A stretch of 63,950 nt of DNA, the filler included, from Octopus bimaculoides (Eukaryota), in NCBI RefSeq assembly GCF_001194135.2. It is 5 parts of 5 records of this genome, joined end to end, with 100 filler letters (N's around TTAATTAATTAA, not from the genome) between each part and the next. Parts side by side here need not be neighbours in the genome. Positions count along the whole stretch, not along the records: positions 1 to 29,241 come from NC_068982.1; 4 more parts are not named here. The stretch is one strand, 5' to 3'. Positions 1 through 12,029 of this stretch are shown one piece after another (position 1 is the first letter of the stretch; every line of letters starts with the position of its first letter). The notes under the pieces were generated by a model. It worked only from the letters and a program-made list of their open reading frames with translations. It was not told where the DNA came from and did not search any database. The translations under genes and the position numbers were made by a program.

Positions 1-721
1 TTCTATGTTATGAAAAATATGTTAGAGGTAGAGGAAAGGTAATATATTAGAGAGAGGAAGAAGAAGTAAGAGTGTAAAATGTAACCAAGTTAATCTATGA
101 CTTTGTATGTATCACTTTCTCTCCCTCTCCCTCTCCCTCTTTTACTCTTACTCCCTATAACAACGCCGGTACAGGGAGAAGGGAAGGAATATAAATGTTG
201 CTAGAAACGACAGCCAAATCTCCCTTAAATCACACAAAGTAAACGGAATTTTAAAAATCTAATTATTGCACTGGAAAGTTCACATCGAGAAAATTCCATT
301 GATGTAAAAATTTTTACGAAAAAGTGGAAAATGTGGATTTCTATAAACTTTCAAAAAGGCTTCACACAAACACACAATTTCAGATTTATATATTAAGATG
401 TACATCGCGCGAATATGCTCAAGTTGGAAAATGGCTGTTCAAGTAACAATTGAGAGACAAATGAATATTATTTCTTATGGTTAGATTTTTGCTTAAATAA
501 GTATTTACACACATATATTTGCGCGTTTATAGGTTTATAATAGGATAGGCACATATCTGTACTTGTATGCTATTTATACACACATACATACATGCATACA
601 TACACACATAAACACACATATGCGTGTGTATGTTTGTGTGTGTGTTACAAATAGATATTATAAACATATATATTATTTTGTAAACTTTCTCATTTTCAAT
701 CTTAGTCTGTAACTGCTTACA

Positions 722-773
<52 letters not shown>

Positions 774-1603
774 GTCGAAAGAGAGAATGAATGAATGAAT
801 GAAAACAGAAAAGGAAAGAGGAATAGAAAGACTCACAAATTTATGCACAAACTCACGCATACACAGATATTGACTCGGACTCAGGGAAACAAGCATTTTC
901 ACACAGAACACATNNNNNNNNNNNNNNNNNNNNNNNNNNNNNNNNNNNNNNNNNNNNNNNNNNNNNNNNNNNNNNNNNNNNNNNNNNNNNNNNNNNNNNN
1001 NNNNNNNNNNNNNNNNNNNNNNNNNNNNNNNNNNNNNNNNNNNNNNNNNNNNNNNNNNNNNNNNNNNNNNNNNNNNNNNNNNNNNNNNNNNNNNNNNNNN
1101 NNNNNNNNNNNNNNNNNNNNNNNNNNNNNNNNNNNNNNNNNNNNNNNNNNNNNNNNNNNNNNNNNNNNNNNNNNNNNTATATATATATATATATATATAT
1201 GTGCATGCATAGACACTCACATATGTATGCCTGAATGTGTGTCTATGTATATATATTGAGAGAGGAAAAAAGAGACGAAATCTCTATATAATTAAATTAA
1301 CCTCCTTAATCTCTACATATCCGCTTTCGTGTCAAATTTCAAGCTGCAACTTAACTCGGGCCATTAATAGTGTTTTTGAATTACTCACAGAATATTTAAA
1401 TACTCTATCTCTCATACATTTTCAATATTTCAATCGCTGTCATTAGAAAGTTTTGATTTATTTTGCCAGCTAATAGTTTCCTTCTATCTCACAGAACTCA
1501 ATAACATGTTAGTTGCTTTATTGCTTTTCTTTTACACTGACAGGGAAAGTGAAAGATACTGCTGTGAGTGTGTGCGGGTGAGAAATTGTAGACAGTGTGC
1601 CAA

Positions 1604-1632
1604 ATGAGGCAAATAAATTTAGTCTACTCATT
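1604..1632 (+). CDS. Candidate orphan gene A, putative first coding exon (MRQINLVYS+TT)
   Basis: ATG at 1604 preceded by an in-frame TAG; strong donor ATT|gtaagt at 1633; phase 2 fits the exon at 2054. An alternative start exists at 1506. Confidence 0.3.
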
Positions 1633-2053
1633 GTAAGTTATTACCGAGCAATTTCCAGCGAACGGCCATTTTGACAATTTGTAGCTTAGCTTAAACTAAT
1701 TCACACACAACTGGCTCTTAAGTAAAATTAGAAACATACAGGCACACACATACGCATATACATCACAGCTACATATACGAGAGTGCATATACACATAAAA
1801 TACACGCATATTTCTGTTGTATGTTTGTGTCAGTCTGTATGTATATACATTTATTGGTGTTTATGCATATAAACCTACATAAACACCTAGATACACGTTC
1901 ATACATACAAACATACACATAGAAACAGAGACTCCCGCACGCACACACACACACGCACACACACACACACACACACACTCGCTCTCTATATCACAAACAC
2001 ACACACAAACATCTAAGCAACATAAGTTACTGGCTAAATATAATTTTATTTAG

Positions 2054-2088
2054 ACGTGTATATTTCAAAATATTATTTGGTTTTGCAA
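2054..2088 (+). CDS. Candidate orphan gene A, 35-nt exon (L-RVYFKILFGFA-K)
   Basis: Acceptor taattttatttag, donor CAA|gtaaat; phase 2 in, phase 1 out; A + AG at 2325 gives AAG and keeps the long ORF in frame. Confidence 0.35.
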
Positions 2089-2324
2089 GTAAATATACTT
2101 GGGAGCGTATAGTCTATATGAACTCAAGAACTGAGGTATACTATAGCGTGTGTAGTTCCTTAATTCTCTGGTTCCTGATTTGGACCAACAACACGTTATC
2201 TCAGAGGGATTTTTCCAACATTGCTTTGTGTTGACCCAAGAATTGTAAATGAAGTTGGGTACCCAGTGACTTTTTAAGACCATATGTTATGCTTCTACTC
2301 TTAATTGAGATTTGTCTATCATAG

Positions 2325-2593
2325 AGGATCCAATGAATACATACGACGCATACGAGTATTACGCTAGCCGCACAGACAATAACTTTGTACATACAACAAT
2401 AACAGGGAGACTGCACAATGTAATGTATGCATATTATAAAATATTTGGTGAAGAAAAACAATTTCTGCGCACAGAATATTACTCAACAAGAAATTCCCCT
2501 CTATGTTATGCGAAACTCGATCGAGGTGGAACTCCGTCGATCAACAGTAAGGACTCTGTTGTTCGAGCAAATGTGTTAAAGTGTAATCTTAAA
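2325..2593 (+). CDS. Candidate orphan gene A, main exon (DPMNTYDAYEYY...VLKCNLK)
   Basis: Non-repetitive, protein-like part of ORF 2312-2728; acceptor tttgtctatcatag at 2324; donor AAA|gtaaat at 2594 (phase 0). Confidence 0.6.
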
Positions 2594-2750
2594 GTAAATG
2601 TCAATCGGAATCAGCACGACACTAAGTCTTACAAGAATTACCTCCTAAATTACAAGCACAATTTACCTAACGGTCTTCATCGTTTATGTCTATCCAATTT
2701 TATTCCTATTCTATTGACCACGTTGTGAATTTCTTCTAATCTTAACACAG

Positions 2751-2894
2751 CATTTTCTGTATGAAAACCCATATATTTCCATTACAATTTCCATATGCTA
2801 TGACGAGACAGGATCATGTCCTCCAAGAGTTCGAACACATATCAAAGACAGATTTAACACACATACTTATTTTAATATGTATTTCGGTTGTTGA
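2751..2894 (+). CDS. Candidate orphan gene A, terminal exon (HFLYENPYISITISICYDETGSCPPRVRTHIKDRFNTHTYFNMYFGC*)
   Basis: Acceptor ttctaatcttaacacag with a CTAAT branch-like motif; phase-0 frame open for 47 codons to TGA 2892-2894; 157-nt intron; AATAAA at 2990-2995. Confidence 0.6.
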   Translation, partial: HFLYENPYISITISICYDETGSCPPRVRTHIKDRFNTHTYFNMYFGC

Positions 2895-2931
2895 TTTGCT
2901 GATGTTCGACAGTATACATAACGATATATAC

Positions 2932-2980
<49 letters not shown>

Positions 2981-4096
2981 ATATAATATAATAAATATTT
3001 ATATATGTATATACATTTGTATATACATGTAATACATGCACGTATATATATGTTAAAACACGCATATATATACATTCATATGTATGTGTGTTTGTGCGCA
3101 GGTGTGTGCGTTCATGCATATGTGTGCAAGTGTGTGTACGTGTGTGCGTGTGTGCGCGCGCGTGTGCGTATGTTTGTAATTGTGATGTGTATAATGCAAT
3201 TTTAGTTGCGTATTGCCTGAGAGTAATATGGTCTGCATTGTCAGAAGTGTCCTGGGGATAAGCAATTTCAACAACAACGACGACAATAAGTGTAAGTAGC
3301 CTGATTGAAAATGCCATTAATTTAATTGTAACTCTGAAAATTTTGTCGACATATCTGTTCGCGACTTATGTCTGCGGCAATATAATATAAGTCAGTTAAT
3401 TATTGTATAAGTAAGTCTGTTAATTATTGTGTATTAGCTGAACATATGCCTCAAACTGTACAGAAATAATAAAACAGTACTTTTGGTATTTGTTTTCTTT
3501 TTCGTTCATATTTTGATTATTTTTTTTTTTAGTAACACAAATAAAAAAATTCTGACAAAGTAATGGAAATATATGGATATGTTAATTATATTTTTTGTTC
3601 ATGTTTTCGTTATATATTTTTCGTTATTACCATTTATTATTTATTTTTTAAAAGATGTAAATATATATATTCTAATAAGTACCAAGACAATAAAAAAATA
3701 TTGAAAAAATATCTTTAAAATAATTGCTTTCCATTTCTACAACATAAATCAGATTATAGCCAAATATATTTATTCCCTTGAAATAAATCGGTATTGTCAT
3801 AACGTAGAGACTTACTTTTTCATTGATTTAATTCATTTTTTCATGTGTGTATATATGTGTGGCGCGAGAGTGTGTGTGTGTGTGTGTCTTGAGTTTGCGT
3901 CCGTGTGCGCTTGCACGCGCTTCCATATATTATCAGACTTGGTTTAATATGACTGAAAAACTTTTAAGAAGACAATTTTATTTTCCGCTTAACATGATCA
4001 ATTATAGATGTGTGCGTGTATCTGAGAGATCTCCATAAATAATTGAATGATACACACACAAACACACACATGTGTATCCGTATGCGTAGATATATG

Positions 4097-4128
<32 letters not shown>

Positions 4129-5860
4129 TATAATTCTAATAAGTATCTCATAAGTAGAGAGGCATTTTAATATTTATTCCATAAGGAAAACTGATTTCAT
4201 TTGCGAACATCTCATATGTGTGTGTGTTTTTGTGTATGTGTGTGTGTATATATATATAAAATGCATTATATTTTTAAATCATAAGAAACTGCTACAATTC
4301 GTTATGTATTTCGCTTGAGAGCTAATTCAGATTGCAGTTTGAAAGGTTAGCAGGGACGAATGATAGTGTCTAACTACTACTAAAATGGATTGGAGGTGTA
4401 TTGGGTAGACGATAGGAAAATAATGCAGAATGCTAGAGTGATGTACGCCTACAGGCTAAAACGCAGTTTTAAAGCAAGAGAGGTGTTGTAAGATGTTATT
4501 AAGAAGAGGTGTTTCTTTGTAAGTGCCCTGGATATACGGATATATTGTACATTGGATAGTTCGAACCCGTCAACAAAAGGAATATGGCATAACTGAAGAG
4601 GTGGTATCTTACTTTATATTTTCTGTGATTTTAGAATTTATGTGAAGATTATTAAAGAAAATAATGAATTTATTCAATTTGCAAAAGTTTAAAGCGATTA
4701 TTCTCTTTCTCAATGAAGATATTCCCTCAATTTAAGCTAAGAATTGATTTTCTTTCACGAAGTAACCTTTATGAAGAAATAATCATCACTAAATACAAAT
4801 ACGTTTTATTTGCTGTATCAGTTGTAAACTAATGCATTTAGTTACGTAGAGTTATTTTTCACTTATGATTAACATATATATGTGTGTCAAATAGTTGGGA
4901 AATATAACATTAAAAAATAATGATACACGAAAACGTTAGATTTAGGAAATACGCGGAAGAAAGTGAGAGAACAAGGACTAAAATACCGCTAGCGGTCAAT
5001 GAACTTACACAATTATCGAAGGAGCAAGGGTTATAAATCAGTGAAACGGGATGATATGTAACCTTCCAAACGCGTGTATAATATTACTTGCCAAAAGTTA
5101 TCTGGCAACAAATTGTTCGAATGGTTGCAGATTCTATGATCTTATTGTTAATTTCCACCTCTTTTCGTGGAACTCATACTTTAAAAAGTTTTTCGCTTCT
5201 AATAAGTAAAACTTGTTATTTTAATATTAATCTACTTAATCAATAAACAAAACAATGCTTTCATCTTGCAAATTTTTATGAGAATACTGGTGACTCCTCA
5301 GTCAGGAAGTTCATTCGTTGATAAAACAATTTCCAGCGTATGATTCCTTTTTACATTTTACTTATATCTTTTATATATATATGTAAGCATGCACCTATGC
5401 TTGTATGTGTATACATGCTTTTCGTGTAAGAGTGTGCGTATACATAGAAACCGATAGGGAAGCATAACAGGAGACATCATTGGAGATGCATGTTTGCGTA
5501 TGTGTGTGCGTGTATGTATGTGTGTATCATATATATGCATATATGCACATATACATAAATATCTGTATGTAAGCACACACACATATATATATATATACAC
5601 ATATTTAATATTTATATGCATATGTATATTCTATGTGTATGTATGTGTATATGCATGCAGCATATACCTAAGTACGTGACTTTATAAAATACACTAACTG
5701 CCGCTTTTTTGAGCACATTCTTCATACTTCATACATCTGTGGTCAAACAACAACTAATGAAAAGCTTTTCAAACATAGTCAATTTTAAAGTTCTACACAT
5801 TTGCATACCTATTGAAATGTTTCATAGATTTTATGAAGTCTGCTAAAGTACCGCGATATT

Positions 5861-5961
5861 CTTTCTACCCGTGAGAAGGCGACCTTCTACACGTAAGAAG
5901 GCAGTTTTCTACACGTGAGAAGGCAGCTTTCTACACGTGAAAAGGCAGCTTTCCACACATG
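5861..5961 (+). repeat. 22-bp minisatellite, about 4.5 units (ttctacacgtgagaaggcagct)
   Basis: Cores at 5868, 5890, 5912, 5934 and 5956, exactly 22 nt apart. Confidence 0.9.
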
Positions 5962-6558
5962 CGTAGCTAACCTCTGCTATTAATAAATTCTTTGTTAAAT
6001 TCACTTCCAAGTACATAAGTACAGATAGTTACAATTATTCTAGAGAAAGTCTACGACACCTGAGTGAGGTAATTTTGGAATCTGACAGAGGTCTTAAAAA
6101 TTCAAGTGCTGAAATTCTTCAAATTTCTTCAAATTTTTGCCGAACATTTCCGCCACTTGTAAACTTACTGCGTATTCATATCTTTTGACCGTCTTAATGC
6201 TATCACCTCTTGCTGCATGAAACGTATTTGGTTATACACACATATACATGCGTATATACTCTGTGTGTGTGTTTAATATGCATAGACGTATATTTGTAGA
6301 TAGATATACGCAGACACACATACACAGAGACGCATATATATATATATATACATATCTACATACATACAGACATACTCAGAATTAGAACACTATGCAACAA
6401 TCATTAAAATAAAACTGTGTATTGTCATATTTAATACGTTAGTGTACACTCAAACTCGAAAAGGCCTTCTCTTCGGAAAGTTTCGAGAGAGACATTTTCA
6501 CTATAGACACCGTGTATGAAAATGCATTGTGCTGAGCTGTGAATAACGTCATCCACGG

Positions 6559-6599
6559 GTAGCACATGTGTTTCTGCGTCGTTACGCCTCATCAGCTAC
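6559..6599 (-). ncRNA. Type I hammerhead ribozyme motif (degenerate)
   Basis: Minus strand reads GTAG-CTGATGA-GGCGT aacg ACGCA-GAA-ACA ca TGT-G-CTAC. Stems I, II and III are present; G10.1 faces A and position 17 is G. Confidence 0.7.
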
Positions 6600-6860
6600 A
6601 AATATTGAAATAATTATCTATAACCCATCAAAACTGTCGCTCCTATATTTGAATAGCAAACAATGATTTTTCAAATTTATGCAAATTTTTCTCAAGCAGG
6701 AATTAATTAAGCAGAACTCCACTAAGGTGCGAAGACCTCTTTTATAAAAGAGTACGACGTAATTCCACACGCATTGTCTACAAGAAGTATTTCTCTCTCT
6801 GTCTCGACACCTTCCACAACGAATGTATTTATATGTTAGAGTGTACATCAACGAATTAAA
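6600..6860 (-). mobile_element. Decayed Penelope-like element 3' remnant (possible GIY-YIG end)
   Basis: Loose resemblance (IYTLTYKYIRCGRC) to the PLE endonuclease region, directly upstream of the hammerhead on the same strand. Confidence 0.3.
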
Positions 6861-7371
6861 TTCAACTGTACACAGATTTCTTATATATATACTGAGAGAG
6901 AGAGAGAGACAGAGAGAGAGAGATTTATAATAGTATAAAATACAATCAGAACCAAGAGCACAAGGGTACCATGCCTATACACTGAAAACAGACGCTGAAT
7001 TGTCGAACTACTCTAAATCATCATTTTTATAATACACACATGTTGAAAACGAAGTAATAGGCTGACAGGAATTCATAAAATAGTTCAGGTAGCCTTGGAT
7101 TGATCAATTTCTGGATTGATCAATTAGTCTAATGACTCTTCTTGACCAAATTCATACGTGTTGAGGTAAATTACGAAATTGGCTGCGTATACATCTGTAG
7201 TATTTCTATGTAAATGCAGCTTTGTGTTTGCTTTTCTGTGAGTATGTATAAATGTCTCCTTTATCTCGCTGAGTATGCTTTGCTGATGAAGGTCTATTTT
7301 ATTGGTTGGCCACTGATAAAATTTTGATCGATTGTATCCTTTATTATTATTATAATTATTATTATTATTAT

Positions 7372-7408
<37 letters not shown>

Positions 7409-7490
7409 ACACACACATANNNNNNNNNNNNNNNNNNNNNNNNNNNNNNNNNNNNNNNNNNNNNNNNNNNNNNNNNNNNNNNNNNNNNNT

Positions 7491-8235
7491 GTCTTCGTCG
7501 AGGCCCAAATATTTTAAAGATTCACTGGTCCCACTCCCGAATTATACGGTCGTTATATTGATTACTGTATCCGTGCGACCTCGCTCGCCCGCAAACAACT
7601 AGACTCCTTCCTCTCTTTTGTCCAATCTTTCCATCCTGCCCTCGAATTCTCCTGCACTATTTCTAACACTTCTGTCGCCTTTCTCGACATTTCGGTCAAC
7701 ATACACAACTCCACTCTCACTACCTCCATCCACTACAAACACACCGACTTATCACCATACCACACATCACCACACCACACATCACCACACCACTACACCA
7801 CACAGTAGCATTGACCACTTCCCAGCACCCATACCACACCACACATACCACCCACACAATGCCACACCACACCACACCACATCACACCATCCCGAACACA
7901 CTACCAGTGACCACTCCCTAGCACACACACCATCATGCACACACCTACGCATGCACACACCTACACGTCAAGGTCACCAGCCCCAATCCAAACGAACACA
8001 CACGCTCTCATATACACACACACGCTCTCGTATACACACGCACGCGGACCTTCCTTTTCGTGATCACCACTACTTTATCTCCCCTTCTTCAAAGTTCTCC
8101 TGTCTCACCGCCTCCGTCCAGACAGCCGCCATGATCGACTGCTAGCCACTAAAGCTTTTTTCATTATTCCGGAGCATATTCACCATCTACTTCAGTTACT
8201 GCTTCTCGTTTGCTTGGCAGACGGTCAGACCGTCA
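7491..8235 (+). mobile_element. Penelope-like element RT fragment interrupted by CACCA/CA repeats
   Basis: 7491-7750 translates FVEAQIF*RFTGPTPELYGRYIDYCIRATSLARKQLDSFLSFVQSFHPALEFSCTISNTSVAFLDISV..TSIHYKHTD (PLE RT, YIDD changed to YIDY). Weak GIY-YIG-like remnant at 8050-8235. Confidence 0.8.
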
Positions 8236-10593
8236 TTTAAAGATGTTTTTGTTAAATATTGTAATTGTTTCTGTTGAATAAAATTTGCTGGAAAGCAGCA
8301 ATAATNNNNNNNNNNNNNNNNNNNNNNNNNNNNNNNNNNNNNNNNNNNNNNNNNNNNNNNNNNNNNNNNNNNNNNNNNNNNNNNNNNNNNNNNNNNNNNN
8401 NNNNNNNNNNNNNNNNNNNNNNNNNNNNNNNNNNNNNNNNNNNNNNNNNNNNNNNNNNNNNNNNNNNNNNNNNNNNNNNNNNNNNNNNNNNNNNNNNNNN
8501 NNNNNNNNNNNNNNNNNNNNNNNNNNNNNNNNNNNNNNNNNNNNNNNNNNNNNNNNNNNNNNNNNNNNNNNNNNNNNNNNNNNNNNNNNNNNNNNNNNNN
8601 NNNNNNNNNNNNNNNNNNNNNNNNNNNNNNNNNNNNNNNNNNNNNNNNNNNNNNNNNNNNNNNNNNNNNNNNNNNNNNNNNNNNNNNNNNNNNNNNNNNN
8701 NNNNNNNNNNNNNNNNNNNNNNNNNNNNNNNNNNNNNNNNNNNNNNNNNNNNNNNNNNNNNNNNNNNNNNNNNNNNNNNNNNNNNNNNNNNNNNNNNNNN
8801 NNNNNNNNNNNNNNNNNNNNNNNNNNNNNNNNNNNNNNNNNNNNNNNNNNNNNNNNNNNNNNNNNNNNNNNNNNNNNNNNNNNNNNNNNNTGGTTTCCGT
8901 ATTGTAACTTTGTTCTTGTGATGTAATCCCATTTTGTGTGATAATGTTTGTTTTTTATTTTTGAAATGTTCTTTTTTTAAGAACGCGAACGCTTGTTGAT
9001 AGTACGAAAGAATAAATGTATTTGAAGTAAATTCTATGTATTTGTTTCGTGTGCTATTAGTCTGTATGTCTAGAAACTAGAATGGAAAATTCTTTTTTAT
9101 TGAAAGTTGTTGGCTTACTTCGTCTAAAGTTGATAGATGAAGCAAATGTGTTTGCAAACGTAAGAGTATTATAAGTGTTTATATATAGCAAATTGAACTG
9201 CTTTCCAAGCATATTAAAAACACAGTCTACTATGGATATTTGAATAGCTCTATTGAAGTTGGGTTGTGGTACAAGGTGATATTTTTCCTATTTTTGTGAT
9301 TTGTGGGACTGGTAGTATGTTAATTTTGTGTATTTTTTTTTTCTTTAAGGCCAATATTTTTAAAAAAAGTTATAGTAGTTTCTATGAATATAGAAGTTTC
9401 TATGAATAATTGTGGATTGACTGAAAATTTGTGATACTGAGTGAGATTTTTTAACAGAGATTTTTATACGTGGTGTACATTTGAGCAAATCGGAGCTTTA
9501 GTTTTCTTCTGGCTTGTAATAAGAATATTATAGAGTTATGCGTCGTTCAAGAATATATCATATGATTTATAAGTGCAAAGGTTTTAAGAAGGTACATTAT
9601 GTTGTCATTATATTATTTTATTGGAGATTACGGATATTCATAAATAAAAGACCACCACCTTTGGACAGACACTATTTTACTAAGAGAAACATATCTTTTA
9701 TTTTTTTCTACTTTCAATTATAGAATACGTACTTCCTTTTTAAAAAATCAACGTGATTTTGACGGAGTCGACATATAGATATTCAGAAATTACCTCATCA
9801 TATAGACATATTAGAAGATTTTTTATCACTTGGGAACACAATCTACCGCATTTTTAATATTTCTTATATCTGTGCTGAAACAAGACCGAAAAAAAAAGCA
9901 TTAATTCTTTGGAAAACTACTTTTTCTACTTATTCCAATGCCTACATAAACGTCTCTTAACTTGCCTGATGTGGCTAAAATATTACGATATTCATTCTAA
10001 TTATTGGATGATGGGTATTAGCTAAATCTCCCAGTATTATACACGTCTCATATCTGGTTCCAAATGCATTAACACAATTAATTGTTTATATATATACAAG
10101 CAAAGCAACCTTGAAAAATAACCTAATCCGCCGACAACGCAAATTCATATTTTGATATAATACCAGTACACTAGACACATTATGTATCCATGTGACGCGT
10201 GCATTTGAGTGTAAGCGTAGGGTTTACCAAGAATCTATATAATTGTGACTTACACTGTATGACTATTACATCCTTATGTTTGTTTTTATATCTTAATTTA
10301 GATGCATTACTCATTTCTATAAAATCCTTTTGACATGTAAATAACAATTAACCCGAAATCCTATTTCTTGTCATATGAACAAATACTCTCAAATTTCCTG
10401 AATGAAAACTATTTACTATTTTCCTTAAAAAGCGAAAGTACACTTATCTTTACAAAAACAACATAATTAGACTAAGATACGAAAAAAAGAAGTCTCTTAT
10501 TATTCGTGTTTACATGTAAGGGAATATCTTCTCATTTCTTTCGTATTTTAACGTTTTAGATATTTGCTTATTTATAAATTGTTGCGATTATCA

Positions 10594-10653
<60 letters not shown>

Positions 10654-10663
10654 NNNNNNNNNN

Positions 10664-10714
<51 letters not shown>

Positions 10715-10971
10715 CAGATTAAACAAATAATATTTAGTACGTGATGAATTAGCAGCTTTGAAACAGAAGCTTATAATTGTCACATTTATTTATTTATTTA
10801 GACATTATCGTTTCAACTGCTAATAGACTATTTTCTTTAGTTGCTTTCGTTCTTCCAATGAATAAACAAAATATGTGTGTTCTGATATCGCATTTGTTTG
10901 TGTGAATATGTGAATATATGAACTACTCTGTCTTTCTCTCTGTGTCTCTCTCCTCACCCCCTTACAATCCG

Positions 10972-11009
<38 letters not shown>

Positions 11010-11404
11010 TCTCTCCTCTCTCTCTCTCTCTTTCTCTCTCACTGTCTCTGTATAGTCAACCAAAAGCTACATGGGAATTATTTATTTATTTATTTATTTA
11101 TTTAATGTATATATATACAATCACACACACACAGATGACTCACACAATCACAAACACATACAGTTACTACTACACGCGCGGGCTACCACGCACACACATG
11201 CACAGTTACTACCACATGCACACAGGCAGTCACTGTTGCACATAATCGCAGTTACTACCATACAAACATACTAATCATCTTCACTCTCAACTGTCCCAGA
11301 AGCCACTTCCACTTTCTCCTTCCAATTCTGCTCACTTCAGAAATGTAACTGCACGTGGACAGTTGGCAATTTTTCCTTATTTTCCTCCTTTCTCTTTGGA
11401 CTTT

Positions 11405-11444
11405 GCTATTTTCGACGACGAGCTATGCTCGAAACATTAACAGC
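11405..11444 (+). ncRNA. Minimal type I hammerhead-like motif (degenerate)
   Basis: GCTATTT-TCGACGA-C-GAGC tat GCTC-GAA-AC AT-T-AACAGC; same layout as the copy at 63802. Confidence 0.5.
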
Positions 11445-11542
11445 ATTCTCCCTTCACCGAGCATCAAATTAATATATTCCTTGTGAACGTCTTCACGTTC
11501 GTTTCTTTTCATTTTTCTCTGTTTTTTTTTTATTATTGTTTG

Positions 11543-11581
<39 letters not shown>

Positions 11582-11654
11582 CCCAAACAAATCAGTTAAT
11601 GCGGTGAAATCCTTTTACCACCATATAAACTCGAAATTCCAGTTTATTTGAACT

Positions 11655-11717
11655 TTACAATAGTTTGACTCTACATTCAGTTGTAAGTCACCCTACCAGT
11701 AAGTCGTCAGTTGGTAG
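11655..11717 (-). ncRNA. Two tandem hammerhead remnants
   Basis: Minus strand: CTACC aa CTGACGA cttact GGTAG (no GAAA), then TTACAA-CTGAATG tagagtc AAACTA-TTGTAA (perfect 6-bp stem I, eroded core). Both lie 3' of the PLE at 12.0-12.6 kb. Confidence 0.35.
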
Positions 11718-12029
11718 TCATTTTTAAATTTACACACATATACATATATCTATATATATGAAATTATTTTTATGAAATGAAACATTTATACAGCCAACCT
11801 TGTTTGCTTATGCTAGTCATTACAACGTAGTTAGTGATAATGTTATTTTTTCATACTATCGTAATAAGTTTTTATTCCATGTTCGTAGGAGGAAGGATAT
11901 TTTGTAAATAAATCGGAAAGTAAATAAATGTTAAGGGAGGCAACGAGTGATTGTTAATATTACAAGCAAGGGAGATAACTATCTTTGTTTTAGAAATTGA
12001 ATGTAGATTAAATGTAGATTAAAGAGACA

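Noticed and set aside
5861-5961. Regularly spaced repeat as a CRISPR-like array
   Set aside because: The units are contiguous with no unique spacers, and the context is eukaryotic.
6455-6487. CTCGAAA...TTTCGAG hairpin with an internal cUUCGg loop
   Set aside because: Short and imperfect, inside a decayed repeat; no functional model.
7280-7325. CTGATGAAGG motif
   Set aside because: No downstream GAAA/NUH and no closing helices.
7618-8145. 175-aa His/Thr-rich ORF resembling a metal-binding or structural protein
   Set aside because: It is an off-frame PLE RT sequence plus a CACCA repeat expansion.
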